DNA of 64,000 nucleotides from a virus. Below, piece after piece: positions 35,214 through 44,448 of the stretch (the stretch's first letter is position 1; each line of letters starts with the position of its first letter). The translations under genes were made by a program, and so were the position numbers. The notes below the pieces were generated by a model that saw only the letters and a list, made by a program, of their open reading frames with translations, had not been told where the DNA came from and searched no databases. The stretch lies in the IMG/VR virus record IMGVR_UViG_3300046810_000256, positions 1 through 64,000 of that record; one strand, given 5' to 3'.

Positions 35214-35723
35214 TTACTCGTCTAGATCCTCGCTCGCCTCTTCGTCTGGCCGAGGGTTCAGCAGGTATTTGCGGGTGTATGGAAAAATGTTCACGTTGCC
35301 GGTGACGTCGACAATCTCAAAGTTGACGATCACCCCGCCCCCCATCAGCACTGATACCAGCATGCGCTTACCGGGCTGCACATAACCTTCGGTACCGGGA
35401 TCCGCCAGCGGCTCAATAGACGCCTCAAGGATGCCATCCGCGTAATCCATCCGGCTATTGTCGTCGGAGGTGTTACCCAAGGGCGCGGCGTACCCTTGGG
35501 AAAAGTGAATCATCGCCTCGCCCGTCTCAACCCACTCGTAAGCCGTTTCGTCCTCATCGCTCATCACGCCCAGCGGGCCGATGGTTGGATAGCCGTCTGC
35601 GGTCGCGTCGTCGCTGGTACGGGTCACCTTCTTGTCGAAGAGCACGCAGGGGATGGCATTGGGTTCGCGCAGCGTGCGCTGGCGGTTTGCCCGGTTGATT
35701 TGAATGGCCACGTTATGAAGCAT
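35214..35723 (-). CDS. Putative head-tail/neck structural protein
   Basis: Position in the late operon; beta-rich. Confidence 0.5.
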   Translation of the reverse strand: MLHNVAIQINRANRQRTLREPNAIPCVLFDKKVTRTSDDATADGYPTIGPLGVMSDEDETAYEWVETGEAMIHFSQGYAAPLGNTSDDNSRMDYADGILEASIEPLADPGTEGYVQPGKRMLVSVLMGGGVIVNFEIVDVTGNVNIFPYTRKYLLNPRPDEEASEDLDE

Positions 35724-35732
35724 GTTTTACCC

Positions 35733-36836
35733 CTAAGTCTTTTCTACGGCGCTGAGCGCTGCGGCGATCTGTTTCGCGCTGAAGCCTTGAGCCTTCATGG
35801 CCGCGGTCAGTGCCTGGTGCTGGACGGCTGAAACCTTCCTGTTCACCTTGTCGGGCTTGCTGGCACGTAACTTGTCATTGGCAGCCTTCACCCTGCGCGC
35901 TTCCTGCTGGCGCTGGTACGACGGCTGCGCCTGGCGCTGGGCCTTCTTCTCTTCAGACGTGCGGATCACTGAGCCGCGCTTACCCTTTTTGACGTCCTTC
36001 AGGGCCTGCTCAACGAACTGTTGCTGCTCGGCCACGGTGACCAGCGACTTCTTGTTGCTGAGTGTCCGGCGCCCGCGCTCGATCATCGACTTGGCGTAAA
36101 GGTTGAAGGTCGCCCCGGCGGTGATGGTCGCCATCACACGAATGACGTGCTTGCAGGCGATACCCTTCATTGTCGGGTTTCGGATGCGCGGAAAACCGTC
36201 CTCGGGCCGCCCGTAGTTGAAGTTGCCGATGCTCGCGATATAGCGGTACCAGTAGGTGTGACGGCCACAGTCACAGTCAAACTTCAGTTTGCCCGCCAGC
36301 ATTCGGCGCGCAGCCTCAAGCGCGTTGTTGCCGTCGGCCAGCACCATGTCGTAGTCGAGGAACTGCACATAGACGTGGTGCCTGGCCACGTCGGACTTTG
36401 CGCTGGCGTTGGTCTGGATATGCACCACGCCGCCGCTGTTGCTGACGGGAATGATTCGGTGAATCTCGCGGGTGGCGCGCGCCCGGTCGTCTGGCGATGA
36501 CAGGTTGATCACTTGCTTGGCCAGGATGCCGCCGCTGGCGCCAGACACCGGCACGTTGCCTTTGCGCTGACCGTGACGGCGCTGAATGTCGTGTACTGCC
36601 GCCCGGAATGCGATCAGGTCGTCAACGGTCAGCGGCCTGAACTCACCGCCGAGTGTGGTGAACAGCCCCCGCTTGTGGTCGTACAGCCCCGCCATGTCGT
36701 CGGCGGACAGAATCGCGCTCTGATCACCGATCCGCTGCTTGCGGTCAGCCTCAAAGCTTTTGCGCGCCTCGGCACTCAACTTGTTCGCTGCTACCACCAG
36801 CGGGTCGCGGGCGCTCGGCCCCTTCTTGGCAGCCAT
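35733..36836 (-). CDS. SWIM zinc-finger morphogenesis protein (PmgB-like)
   Basis: FDCDCGRHTYWYRY...PRIRNP...ACKHV. Confidence 0.7.
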   Translation of the reverse strand: MAAKKGPSARDPLVVAANKLSAEARKSFEADRKQRIGDQSAILSADDMAGLYDHKRGLFTTLGGEFRPLTVDDLIAFRAAVHDIQRRHGQRKGNVPVSGASGGILAKQVINLSSPDDRARATREIHRIIPVSNSGGVVHIQTNASAKSDVARHHVYVQFLDYDMVLADGNNALEAARRMLAGKLKFDCDCGRHTYWYRYIASIGNFNYGRPEDGFPRIRNPTMKGIACKHVIRVMATITAGATFNLYAKSMIERGRRTLSNKKSLVTVAEQQQFVEQALKDVKKGKRGSVIRTSEEKKAQRQAQPSYQRQQEARRVKAANDKLRASKPDKVNRKVSAVQHQALTAAMKAQGFSAKQIAAALSAVEKT

Positions 36837-37132
36837 CAGCGCACCGACCTTGTAGCGGTAACGATGCCGCATTTCTGCTTGAGGTAGGCCAAGTGCTCTC
36901 TGGTAGGCAGCACCACGTCTTTTTCGATCAGCTCAGAGTCAACCGTCGACAGCCCGGCTGCCGCCATGATCGCCAGCGTCTCAGTGGCGTCACCGTACAC
37001 GCGCAGCGCCATCATGGGCAGGTGATAGCGCTCGCTCGGGAAACTGCGCACCACTTGGCGACGGGATGAATACGACGGCTCAGTCAGTGCGAACTTGCGC
37101 ACCTCCAGATAAAACCGGGCTTCGGGGATCAT
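36836..37132 (-). CDS. Baseplate LysM-like protein (PmgA/T4 gp53-like)
   Basis: PSERYHLPMMALRVYG...AAAGL...LPT pattern. Confidence 0.65.
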   Translation of the reverse strand: MIPEARFYLEVRKFALTEPSYSSRRQVVRSFPSERYHLPMMALRVYGDATETLAIMAAAGLSTVDSELIEKDVVLPTREHLAYLKQKCGIVTATRSVR

Positions 37133-37569
37133 GGGATTTCAACTGCCTGTGATGCTAACGCTTTGGTTCGATCCTTAGCGCCCACCGCGACCTCAACCCG
37201 CTCAGCGCTATCCCAGCGCAACCGCGCCGTCACAGTCATCAATGCCGAAGTGTCCCCCCAGTCATAGAACGCGCCAGGCTCACTAATAACAACCCCGCTG
37301 AGCGTGTACAAGACAATGCCTTTTGCGCCCGAAACGATCTTCGCCGTGAGCTTCTTCCCGTGGACGGCCTCAAGGAATTTCCACGCGTGCCCGGCTTCCG
37401 TTTCATACATGGCGAACGGCCCGCTATTGCTACCCGGCATCGGAATAGGCGCCTTGAAGCAAAGCAAGCCGATATCTTCGAAGCCATCAATAACAATCAT
37501 CATGTCCACCGCTACATGCCGAGGCCTGCAATTGCATTTCAATCCAGTCATTACACGGGGCTCCATCAA
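37129..37569 (-). CDS. Tail-tube-like/BplB-like protein
   Basis: KAPIP...MYETEAGHA motif; first gene behind a late promoter. Confidence 0.45.
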   Translation of the reverse strand: MMEPRVMTGLKCNCRPRHVAVDMMIVIDGFEDIGLLCFKAPIPMPGSNSGPFAMYETEAGHAWKFLEAVHGKKLTAKIVSGAKGIVLYTLSGVVISEPGAFYDWGDTSALMTVTARLRWDSAERVEVAVGAKDRTKALASQAVEIP

Positions 37570-37579
37570 TTGATGGCGG

Positions 37580-37620
37580 ATTATCGCGGCGCCAGCGCTG
37601 GCGCTTACGGGGCACTTTGC
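37580..37620 (-). promoter_or_regulatory. Late promoter motif (GCAAAGT-N28-GATAAT)
   Basis: Conserved spacing. Confidence 0.65.
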
Positions 37621-37636
37621 ATGCTCCGGACAAAAT

Positions 37637-37660
37637 AAACCCCGCTCGGGGGCGGGGTTA
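37637..37660. terminator. Intrinsic terminator
   Basis: aaccccgc-tcgggg-gcggggtt. Confidence 0.65.
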
Positions 37661-37676
37661 CTGGTTGCTGGTGATT

Positions 37677-38492
37677 CTAGAAATTTCCGTACGTGCCGGG
37701 CCGGAAATAGGTGTCGCGCGGAAAACCTAAACGTTCATCTTCTTCATCAGCGCTCAGCAGACATATGGCTTCAAGCTCTCGCTCCACTCGTGGGTTCTTT
37801 GCTGCGAGCTCTACAAGGCCTTCGCTATCAACACTCATGTTCAGTGTTGAAACCTGAGACAGCCCTTCCATAGACGGACATTTGATGTCTTTGGTGATAA
37901 TCCCCTGCTTGTATCGGTCGATGTATGGTGCGTAGCAGTCCCGATACGTCGCACGCAACAACTCACAGGCGGGACGTGTCTGAAGACAGATTTTACTAAA
38001 AAGCATGCTTGAGCCCATTTTCCGGAACTCACGCGGCAAAGCGCAGTTAAACGAATGATCTAGGATCATGATCCGAGGGGAGCCCAGCTCGCTGGCGTAC
38101 GCTTCAAGGCGCTGCGCGTACTCTCTTTCCTTTCCATGATCGGTGCTGCCGTGAAGTGTGCGCTCACTCAACAGAATTGCCCGACGCCGCCCGCCAGCTT
38201 GCCGAGAGGCGGCGACGATGAAGTGATAGGTGTGGAATCGGTAGTTGTCGCAAACAACCGCCAGAAAGTGTTCAAACGCCTCGCCGTGCTTAATCGGGCC
38301 ATCACCAGCCAGCGCATTCTCAACCAACTGAGGGATTTCACTTGCCTTGAGTGAGGCACCGGGATGGCGGATTTTAGTGTTGCCAGAATTCCAAATCTTC
38401 ACCGTGGATACGGAATAAGCTGCTTTGCTCAGCTGCCCCATCCGCGCACGGTATTCAAGATTCTCATCGTGACGACTGCGCTTGATAGTCAT
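37677..38492 (-). CDS. Hypothetical accessory protein (lower GC)
   Basis: 271-aa ORF coupled to the LytTR gene by an ATGA overlap. Confidence 0.6.
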   Translation of the reverse strand: MTIKRSRHDENLEYRARMGQLSKAAYSVSTVKIWNSGNTKIRHPGASLKASEIPQLVENALAGDGPIKHGEAFEHFLAVVCDNYRFHTYHFIVAASRQAGGRRRAILLSERTLHGSTDHGKEREYAQRLEAYASELGSPRIMILDHSFNCALPREFRKMGSSMLFSKICLQTRPACELLRATYRDCYAPYIDRYKQGIITKDIKCPSMEGLSQVSTLNMSVDSEGLVELAAKNPRVERELEAICLLSADEEDERLGFPRDTYFRPGTYGNF

Positions 38493-38887
38493 GCTGCCAC
38501 CGCAGACGGCAGTTCTTGCTGGCCGAGGTAGGCGGCATAGCGCGGGTAGATGTCGATTTTCCCTCGGCGGGAGACGGAGAACTCGCGCCCGCCTACCAGA
38601 CAGAAGTGGTCACGGGTGAAGGACGATTGATTCTTGCGCCGCTCATTACGGGATGTCAGCCCCTCAACCGCTTCAACCCGCACCAGGCTGGCGCGATGGA
38701 TACGCACAAGGCCCGAATCACCGGCCTCGATATCTTTGAGCGTGTGCTTTCCGGTCAGCAGCCACTCAACGCCGTCGGCATCCAGCGCCGACACAAACTT
38801 CTGATCAGCCCAAAACGCAACGAACACAGATGAGTCGACTTTCTCAGGGCGGCGGTGCCAGTTCTTTCTGTAGCGGCGCAGTTGCAT
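38489..38887 (-). CDS. Stand-alone LytTR DNA-binding protein
   Basis: TLKDIE...LVRIHRASLV...SVSRR. Confidence 0.75.
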   Translation of the reverse strand: MQLRRYRKNWHRRPEKVDSSVFVAFWADQKFVSALDADGVEWLLTGKHTLKDIEAGDSGLVRIHRASLVRVEAVEGLTSRNERRKNQSSFTRDHFCLVGGREFSVSRRGKIDIYPRYAAYLGQQELPSAVAA

Positions 38888-39011
38888 AGCATTACCTCAA
38901 TCTATCCCCGGACAATAAAAGGCGCTTTTGTGCGCATAAATGGCCGAAAACACGGGGTTTGTTCTCTGCTTTCCGCAGAATATACAACAACAAACAATAA
39001 AATGTATGTTT

Positions 39012-40562
39012 TTAAGCGACGTCGGCGAGAAGGTCAGCTGCTTTGCTTAGAGTCGCCTGGGCCCGCGAAGACTGAGCCGCCTCGGTTTCTTCACTGCACG
39101 CGATGTAGTTGACGTCCTCAAGGAAGACCATGCAGATGGTGTCAAACAAGTCCGGGGATGACAGGCCATCGGCGGCCATGCTCTCTTTGCTGGCGATCTT
39201 GTAGCGCCCCAGCTCATCGAACGAATACGGCAGTCGTGAGCCTTGGTCGATCAGGTCGCGCTTGTGCTTCTTGCCCAGCTTGACCACGCCGTCTTTGATT
39301 GCCTCGGTGGCATGCACGGTGCATTGCGCGCGCTGGTTGATGAATCGCTTGCGGTTCTCGTTGGAATGCGGCTTGGCGCCCCACAGAACGCCCTGAATGA
39401 TCATGCTGCCCTCTTGCAGCTCTTCCAGTCGGCGCTGGAACTGCTTACCCATGGCCGAGACGTCGATAACGATGGTGACGTTTGGCAGGCGCATGGCGTA
39501 ATCGCGCAGCTTGACCGCCAGCGGCGTCCAGTCCTCAGTTGCGCTGTAGATCGGCACGTCGACCACCTCCACCCGGCGGCGGCGCTCGTTCGCCATCCGG
39601 TCGCCCTTGCCGGTGACGCGGAAGTGGGTGGCCACGGTCTTGTCTCGCCCAACGCCAGCCGCGACGTCGACAACGATAATGTGGCCCCACTCTTCGCCTG
39701 GCAGGATCGGGCTCGCCTGCTCTATCGCCCGTTCGATCAGCACCGAACTCAGCAGGTATTTGCTGAGGTTGGTCGGGAACATGCCCCGCACCTTGATCTG
39801 ATATTCCGGCTCCATCGTGCCGCCGTACTGGAGCCGCTTTTCCTTGATGAACTTGAGGCTGACAATCGGGCTTTCTTCGGAGTTGAATACCAGCGGTACC
39901 CAGCCACCGCCGCGGTAGATGGACTGGCCGTGGTGCGTCTCCCAAAAGAAACCGGTAGAGCGCGTCGGCTGGCTGGCCATGATGAAGCGGTTGCGCTCGT
40001 CGGTCAGTGCGCCACCGATTACGCCAAAGTTCTCGTCTGGAATGCCGGACGCTTCGTCCGCCAGCCATAGCAGGTACTCGCCGTGGGTACCGGCCAAGTT
40101 CTCAGGCGAGCCGCGTGGAGCGGTACGGGTGGTGACGTACCATGTGGCGCTGTTACCGACCACATAGACTTTCTCAGCTTGGATAACCACGTAGTCAGCG
40201 ATCCACGCATGCGGCCCTTTGCGGATCTCCGCCAGCATGGTGGTGATTTCCTTCCACACACCCTCTCGCACCGTCTTGAGCTTCGGCGCGGTTACATAGG
40301 TGTTGGAATTGAGATAGCACAGCAGGTGCCAGAGGCAGATGACCCCGAAGCTGCGGGTTTTACCAGTACCGTGGCCAGACGATACCGACACCCGACAGCC
40401 GTAGACTGAGGATTCATCAAAGAGCTCTTGTTGTTGCGGTGTGACATCCATCAAACACGCTTCAACCGCAAAGGCGTACAGGTTGAAGGCGTAGCGTTCG
40501 ATGAAAGCGGGCCACCTCGGGTCTGTTTCTAAGCGCAGACGCTGGGCTTTCGGCTTGGCCAT
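39012..40562 (-). CDS. pacB: Terminase large subunit
   Basis: Walker A SGHGTGKT, Walker B WLADEASG, SQPTR motif III, RNase H domain IVVDVAAG...SPDLFD. Confidence 0.92.
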   Translation of the reverse strand: MAKPKAQRLRLETDPRWPAFIERYAFNLYAFAVEACLMDVTPQQQELFDESSVYGCRVSVSSGHGTGKTRSFGVICLWHLLCYLNSNTYVTAPKLKTVREGVWKEITTMLAEIRKGPHAWIADYVVIQAEKVYVVGNSATWYVTTRTAPRGSPENLAGTHGEYLLWLADEASGIPDENFGVIGGALTDERNRFIMASQPTRSTGFFWETHHGQSIYRGGGWVPLVFNSEESPIVSLKFIKEKRLQYGGTMEPEYQIKVRGMFPTNLSKYLLSSVLIERAIEQASPILPGEEWGHIIVVDVAAGVGRDKTVATHFRVTGKGDRMANERRRRVEVVDVPIYSATEDWTPLAVKLRDYAMRLPNVTIVIDVSAMGKQFQRRLEELQEGSMIIQGVLWGAKPHSNENRKRFINQRAQCTVHATEAIKDGVVKLGKKHKRDLIDQGSRLPYSFDELGRYKIASKESMAADGLSSPDLFDTICMVFLEDVNYIACSEETEAAQSSRAQATLSKAADLLADVA

Positions 40563-40604
40563 ATGATCCTTAAACACAAAGGGGCCAGTTCCCCGGCCCC
40601 TGTC

Positions 40605-40645
40605 ACTCTACGTCTACGCCGTTCGCACTTTCAGAGACGGTTTGC
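40605..40645 (-). promoter_or_regulatory. Late promoter motif dedicated to pacB (GCAAACC-N28-TAGAGT)
   Basis: Conserved spacing; overlaps the 3' end of the upstream gene. Confidence 0.65.
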
Positions 40646-41333
40646 GGTCTTGCGTGGCGTTCAGAACGAACGCTTTCCAGCTGCTGCCAGACGCCCAGCA
40701 GCTCAACGTGGTTTGTGTCGCCCGGAAAAATCCTTTGCGTCGACCTTGGCCAGAGTGCAACACCATGCCGCCACCGCTGCGGGCAAGCCCTTCACGCGCC
40801 ACCTGAAAGCTCACCTCCGGCATGGTGCTGGCGTCCTCCATCAACCACATGGGATCGCGCCCACCGAAACCGGCCATGTGTTCCGGGGAATGCGCGCTGG
40901 CGGCCAGAAAGAGCACGCCACAGCCTGAATACTCTGCCTGCTGGCGAAGTCTGATGCTTCTGATGGTGATTCGCAGGTAACCGACCAACCATGCGTGCTC
41001 GCCCTCAATACGCTTGACCAACTTGCTGTATTGCTCACAGCAGCGAAGCATGTCGCCGAAGGGCACGGCCACCATAGTCATCGACTCGGGGCGGCACAGC
41101 AGGCGCCAGAACGCGATAGGCGCCAGCGGGCTGATCATTCCCCGCTCCATCGGATTCATGTCTGACGCCATCGACACCTGGCAGTCAGGCAGCTGCACAC
41201 TTTCGAAGGCTCGCGCCAGTTGATCGTCCACTACCATCCCGCACACCTCACGCGCGAACGCGGCCAGGTCGTTGGCGTAGCGCCGGACGAAAGCGGGCCA
41301 GCGCTCGTCATCTTGAATCAGGCTCGTGCTCAT
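40614..41333 (-). CDS. Inactive paralogue of the PacB ATPase domain
   Basis: Colinear similarity to about PacB residues 10-240; Walker A lost, Walker B altered; ATGA-coupled start at 41333. Confidence 0.8.
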   Translation of the reverse strand: MSTSLIQDDERWPAFVRRYANDLAAFAREVCGMVVDDQLARAFESVQLPDCQVSMASDMNPMERGMISPLAPIAFWRLLCRPESMTMVAVPFGDMLRCCEQYSKLVKRIEGEHAWLVGYLRITIRSIRLRQQAEYSGCGVLFLAASAHSPEHMAGFGGRDPMWLMEDASTMPEVSFQVAREGLARSGGGMVLHSGQGRRKGFFRATQTTLSCWASGSSWKAFVLNATQDRKPSLKVRTA

Positions 41334-41929
41334 GCTGCGGCCTCGCTGGCCAGCTGCGCCAACTCGCGCTCGTGTTCGGCGATCAGCAGCGCGCCAGCCT
41401 TCTCGATGGCGCGAAGTCGTGACTCTTGTTTCATGGGGGCGTGAGGCCATGGCCAGACGGTTGGCGCGAAGTCCGGCACCAGCAGCTGAAGCAAGTAACC
41501 CGCCGCCGCGCGCAGCAGCTCGTCATCGCGATAGCGCAGGTCGCGTTCCGGGTGATACCCCTTCACCAGCAGCTGGCGCTGGCGCTCGCTCAGAATGGCG
41601 TTCTCGCTCGGGCCGGTGATTGGCATGGATGACCACAGCGCCAGCGGCTGCTCCCATCCATTGGCGGCCTTCTGCGCCCATTCAGTTGTGGTCATGCGCG
41701 CATATGGCCGCGTCACGGAAATACCCTGATCACGCCCACGGCGCACCAGAAGCCACGCTTTTGGCTGCTGAGTGGCGTGGCGAGACTGCGCCAGCGATTC
41801 CCACACCAGAAACGTCTTCTGTGTGTGGGCGTTCACGTACTCGCCCGTCTCGGTGTTGAATGCCAGGTCACTGATACCCGCATGCCGACACGAGCGCTCA
41901 AAATGTTCGCGACTGAAAAAGAGGGTCAT
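41330..41929 (-). CDS. Conserved phage hypothetical protein
   Basis: ERQRQ...GY...D...EL.RAAAGY...WPW...KAGALLIAE motif common in phage early genes; likely start ATG 41929. Confidence 0.6.
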   Translation of the reverse strand: MTLFFSREHFERSCRHAGISDLAFNTETGEYVNAHTQKTFLVWESLAQSRHATQQPKAWLLVRRGRDQGISVTRPYARMTTTEWAQKAANGWEQPLALWSSMPITGPSENAILSERQRQLLVKGYHPERDLRYRDDELLRAAAGYLLQLLVPDFAPTVWPWPHAPMKQESRLRAIEKAGALLIAEHERELAQLASEAAA

Positions 41930-42186
41930 GGTGTTGTTCCCGCCGCTGCTGGCTTGAATTGAAAGAGTTCGACAGGCGCCGCCGGTAAGTCGAATACGGC
42001 GGCGAGCCATGGGTGGATAGCATCCGGATCGCTGGCGCCGTCGAAGCGCCAGCGTTCTGCCGGGAAGTGTTCGCGCAGTGCGTGCTCGATCTCGCCCGCG
42101 CCATTGCGCAACCACAACTCATTCCCGCACTCACGCTCAACTGACAGCGTTTCGCCGGTCACAAGGTTCGTCACGGTCTGGCTCAC
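41926..42186 (-). CDS. Hypothetical protein
   Basis: Coupled overlaps on both sides. Confidence 0.5.
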   Translation of the reverse strand: MSQTVTNLVTGETLSVERECGNELWLRNGAGEIEHALREHFPAERWRFDGASDPDAIHPWLAAVFDLPAAPVELFQFKPAAAGTTP

Positions 42187-42674
42187 TTCATTTCCCCGGT
42201 CTTGCGGTTGATCTCGGTTGGCTTGGTGAAAGCGCGGGAGAATCGGAATTCAGCAATGACCTGATTGAAACTGTGTTCTACCCGGTCGAAATACTGATTC
42301 CCTTCGGCCATCAACGCCTGCGCCAGCCACGCGGCGGGGACGCTGCGCCCCTCTTCCACGTAGGTGGCCAGGCTCCGCACCAGCCGCTGCTCGGCGTAGG
42401 TACCGCTGAAGCCCGGCAGCAAGCGGCCCTTGCCGCGAACCGTCGTCGCCAGATCCACCGGGCGAGCGTCCGCGGTCGGCAGCACCAGATAGAACCCGCC
42501 GAGGCGCTTGGGCTCCAGGCGTGCAACACGGTCTTTTCTGCCAAAGATGCGCAACCCCGCCAGCGCCAGCGAATTGAAAATCAGGTTCGCGGTGTCCAGT
42601 CGGTGCTGCTGGCGCTCAGTCAGCGCGATTGCCGCGGGCGGTGTCAGTTGCACGGGTGCTGCTTGCATATCCAT
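42183..42674 (-). CDS. Hypothetical protein
   Basis: 163-aa ORF in a coupled chain. Confidence 0.55.
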   Translation of the reverse strand: MDMQAAPVQLTPPAAIALTERQQHRLDTANLIFNSLALAGLRIFGRKDRVARLEPKRLGGFYLVLPTADARPVDLATTVRGKGRLLPGFSGTYAEQRLVRSLATYVEEGRSVPAAWLAQALMAEGNQYFDRVEHSFNQVIAEFRFSRAFTKPTEINRKTGEMK

Positions 42675-42677
42675 CCC

Positions 42678-42848
42678 CTAAATCTTGAGCCGCATCTGTG
42701 CGCGGTCACATTCGTTTTCACCGTGCGGGAGCTTGTGGGCCAAGGCTTCACAGTTCCTGCGCCCACAATCACGGCAGTAGGTGTAGGCGGGGGCGCTTCG
42801 TGGCCTCCGCCAGATGACGCGATTGCTTTCGCAAAAACGGCAGTTCAT
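42678..42848 (-). CDS. 56-aa zinc-ribbon protein (below the ORF-track cutoff)
   Basis: MNCRFCESNRVIW...YCRDCGRRNC; AGGA RBS. Confidence 0.5.
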   Translation of the reverse strand: MNCRFCESNRVIWRRPRSAPAYTYCRDCGRRNCEALAHKLPHGENECDRAQMRLKI

Positions 42849-42874
42849 CAGTCCTGTCCCGGTCTATCCCCGGA

Positions 42875-44161
42875 CTAGGCGGGACGCGCTTCGATCATCG
42901 CCTGCGCGTACACCCATCGGCGATTAGCAAAGGCGGCCATGCTTTCGTCTGATTTTTGCTTCAGCGGGCAGTTGATGGCGAAGTCATCGCGCAGCTCTGT
43001 CAGGTACAGACCCAGCTTCTTCTCTGGCGCTTTCGGCGCGGTGGCCGGGTCGGCGTAGGCTGGCACGGGTTTTTCGACCGCCAGCGGCAGTTCAACGCTG
43101 TGATACGCCATGCAGAAGGCATCAAACAGGTCGGCGGCTGGGAGTTGGGCGGCTGCGATGTGCGAAGGCTTGGCCACGAGATAGCGATTCTCGGCGCTCA
43201 ACTCATAAGGGATCTTTGAGCCCAACAGCACCAGCGGATCACTCAAGCCGCAATCGGATGGCAGCAGCAGCTTCAGGTTTTTATTCCGAATCGCCTCGGC
43301 AGTCAGAACACTGCATTCAGTGCGGCGGTTCACGAAACGCTTGCCGTTGCCACCTTTTGGCAGCGCTTGACCCATCGTCATTCCGTAACACCTGACATGG
43401 GGACTCACAACGTCTTGAAGGTACTTGAGCAACTGCACGCCATCGCCGAAGGCATCCACGAGAATCGTCGTAGGGGCTGATAGCGCATTGACGTGCCGCA
43501 GCAACGCATCGCCGTAGGACTTCAGATCACCGCCGTCTGTGAGGATTGGATAGCTGGCCACCTCGACCAGTCGGCGGGCGTCAGGGCTGTCATACACGCG
43601 CATGTGGGCGGCAACAGTCATTCCTCCACGACCAGCACCGCCGAGACGGACACCGATTACATGCTTCGCCTCGACACCCTCGGGAATCGGGCTTTCGATG
43701 GTCAGCGCCAGGGCGATATCGGCGTCACTGAGCAGGTAGCCGCGACGATCCTGATTCTGCGCCCGAAGAATCGCGGGGACTTCGTTGTTCGAAGCCATCA
43801 ATGCAGGCTGTACCTTGCCTTTGACCACCACTTGCAGCTGGCCAGATGAATTAGGACGAACGATGTCTTTGATGGCCGTCGCCACCGGGGAGGCCAGGTA
43901 ACTGGTCAGCAGCGGGCGCAGGCGGTAGTGGGTTTGTGCGAATCGCTGTTTACGGCCAAAGCCTTCCTGAACCGACACGGGCTTACAGTTCGGAACATCT
44001 ACCCAGTAATGCACACCACGGGCGGCATTAGCGCGATCCGGCGCCGATACCTTGTAACCTTGGGTGATGAGCCATTGCTTGAAGGACGTCACGTTGCACG
44101 CCAACAGCAGATCGGTGTCGTGCGATTGTCCTTTCGGTTTTACTGCGGGGTTCGACATCAT
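42875..44161 (-). CDS. Protein containing a degenerate paralogue of the PacB nuclease (RNase H) domain
   Basis: About 43103-43739 aligns with the PacB C-terminal half (YLLS...KRFVNRR...ADLFDAFCM); first catalytic Asp replaced by Arg. Confidence 0.8.
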   Translation of the reverse strand: MMSNPAVKPKGQSHDTDLLLACNVTSFKQWLITQGYKVSAPDRANAARGVHYWVDVPNCKPVSVQEGFGRKQRFAQTHYRLRPLLTSYLASPVATAIKDIVRPNSSGQLQVVVKGKVQPALMASNNEVPAILRAQNQDRRGYLLSDADIALALTIESPIPEGVEAKHVIGVRLGGAGRGGMTVAAHMRVYDSPDARRLVEVASYPILTDGGDLKSYGDALLRHVNALSAPTTILVDAFGDGVQLLKYLQDVVSPHVRCYGMTMGQALPKGGNGKRFVNRRTECSVLTAEAIRNKNLKLLLPSDCGLSDPLVLLGSKIPYELSAENRYLVAKPSHIAAAQLPAADLFDAFCMAYHSVELPLAVEKPVPAYADPATAPKAPEKKLGLYLTELRDDFAINCPLKQKSDESMAAFANRRWVYAQAMIEARPA

Positions 44162-44448
44162 TCAGCTCCTAGCGGGTTGGCCGTGAACGGCCTCAGATTT
44201 TTTGTGTTCCCGCGGCGGATGGCCGAGGGACGTTTTTCAACAACAGGCTTGATCCACAGCTGCCCTGTTTTGAACAGGAACAGCTCCCACAGCCCAAGCT
44301 TGATTTTGGTGTCACCCTTCTCGTACAGACGCCACGATTCGCGGCTCACGTAGATCAGCTCCCCCGCAGCGGTTTCGCTCAGGCTCGCGTTCTTGCGGGC
44401 TTGCCGGATGTTTTTTGGGGTCGGTTCGCGGTCGGCGGGGAGCGTCAT
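44158..44448 (-). CDS. XRE-type HTH protein
   Basis: IRQARKNASLSETAAGELIYVSRESWRLYEKG. Confidence 0.75.
   Translation of the reverse strand: MTLPADREPTPKNIRQARKNASLSETAAGELIYVSRESWRLYEKGDTKIKLGLWELFLFKTGQLWIKPVVEKRPSAIRRGNTKNLRPFTANPLGAE

Noticed and set aside
40614-44161. Simple pseudogene remnants of a duplicated pacB
   Set aside because: Both frames are intact and coupled, the order is reversed, and they are highly diverged with catalytic residues lost. This is disfavoured but not excluded without dN/dS.
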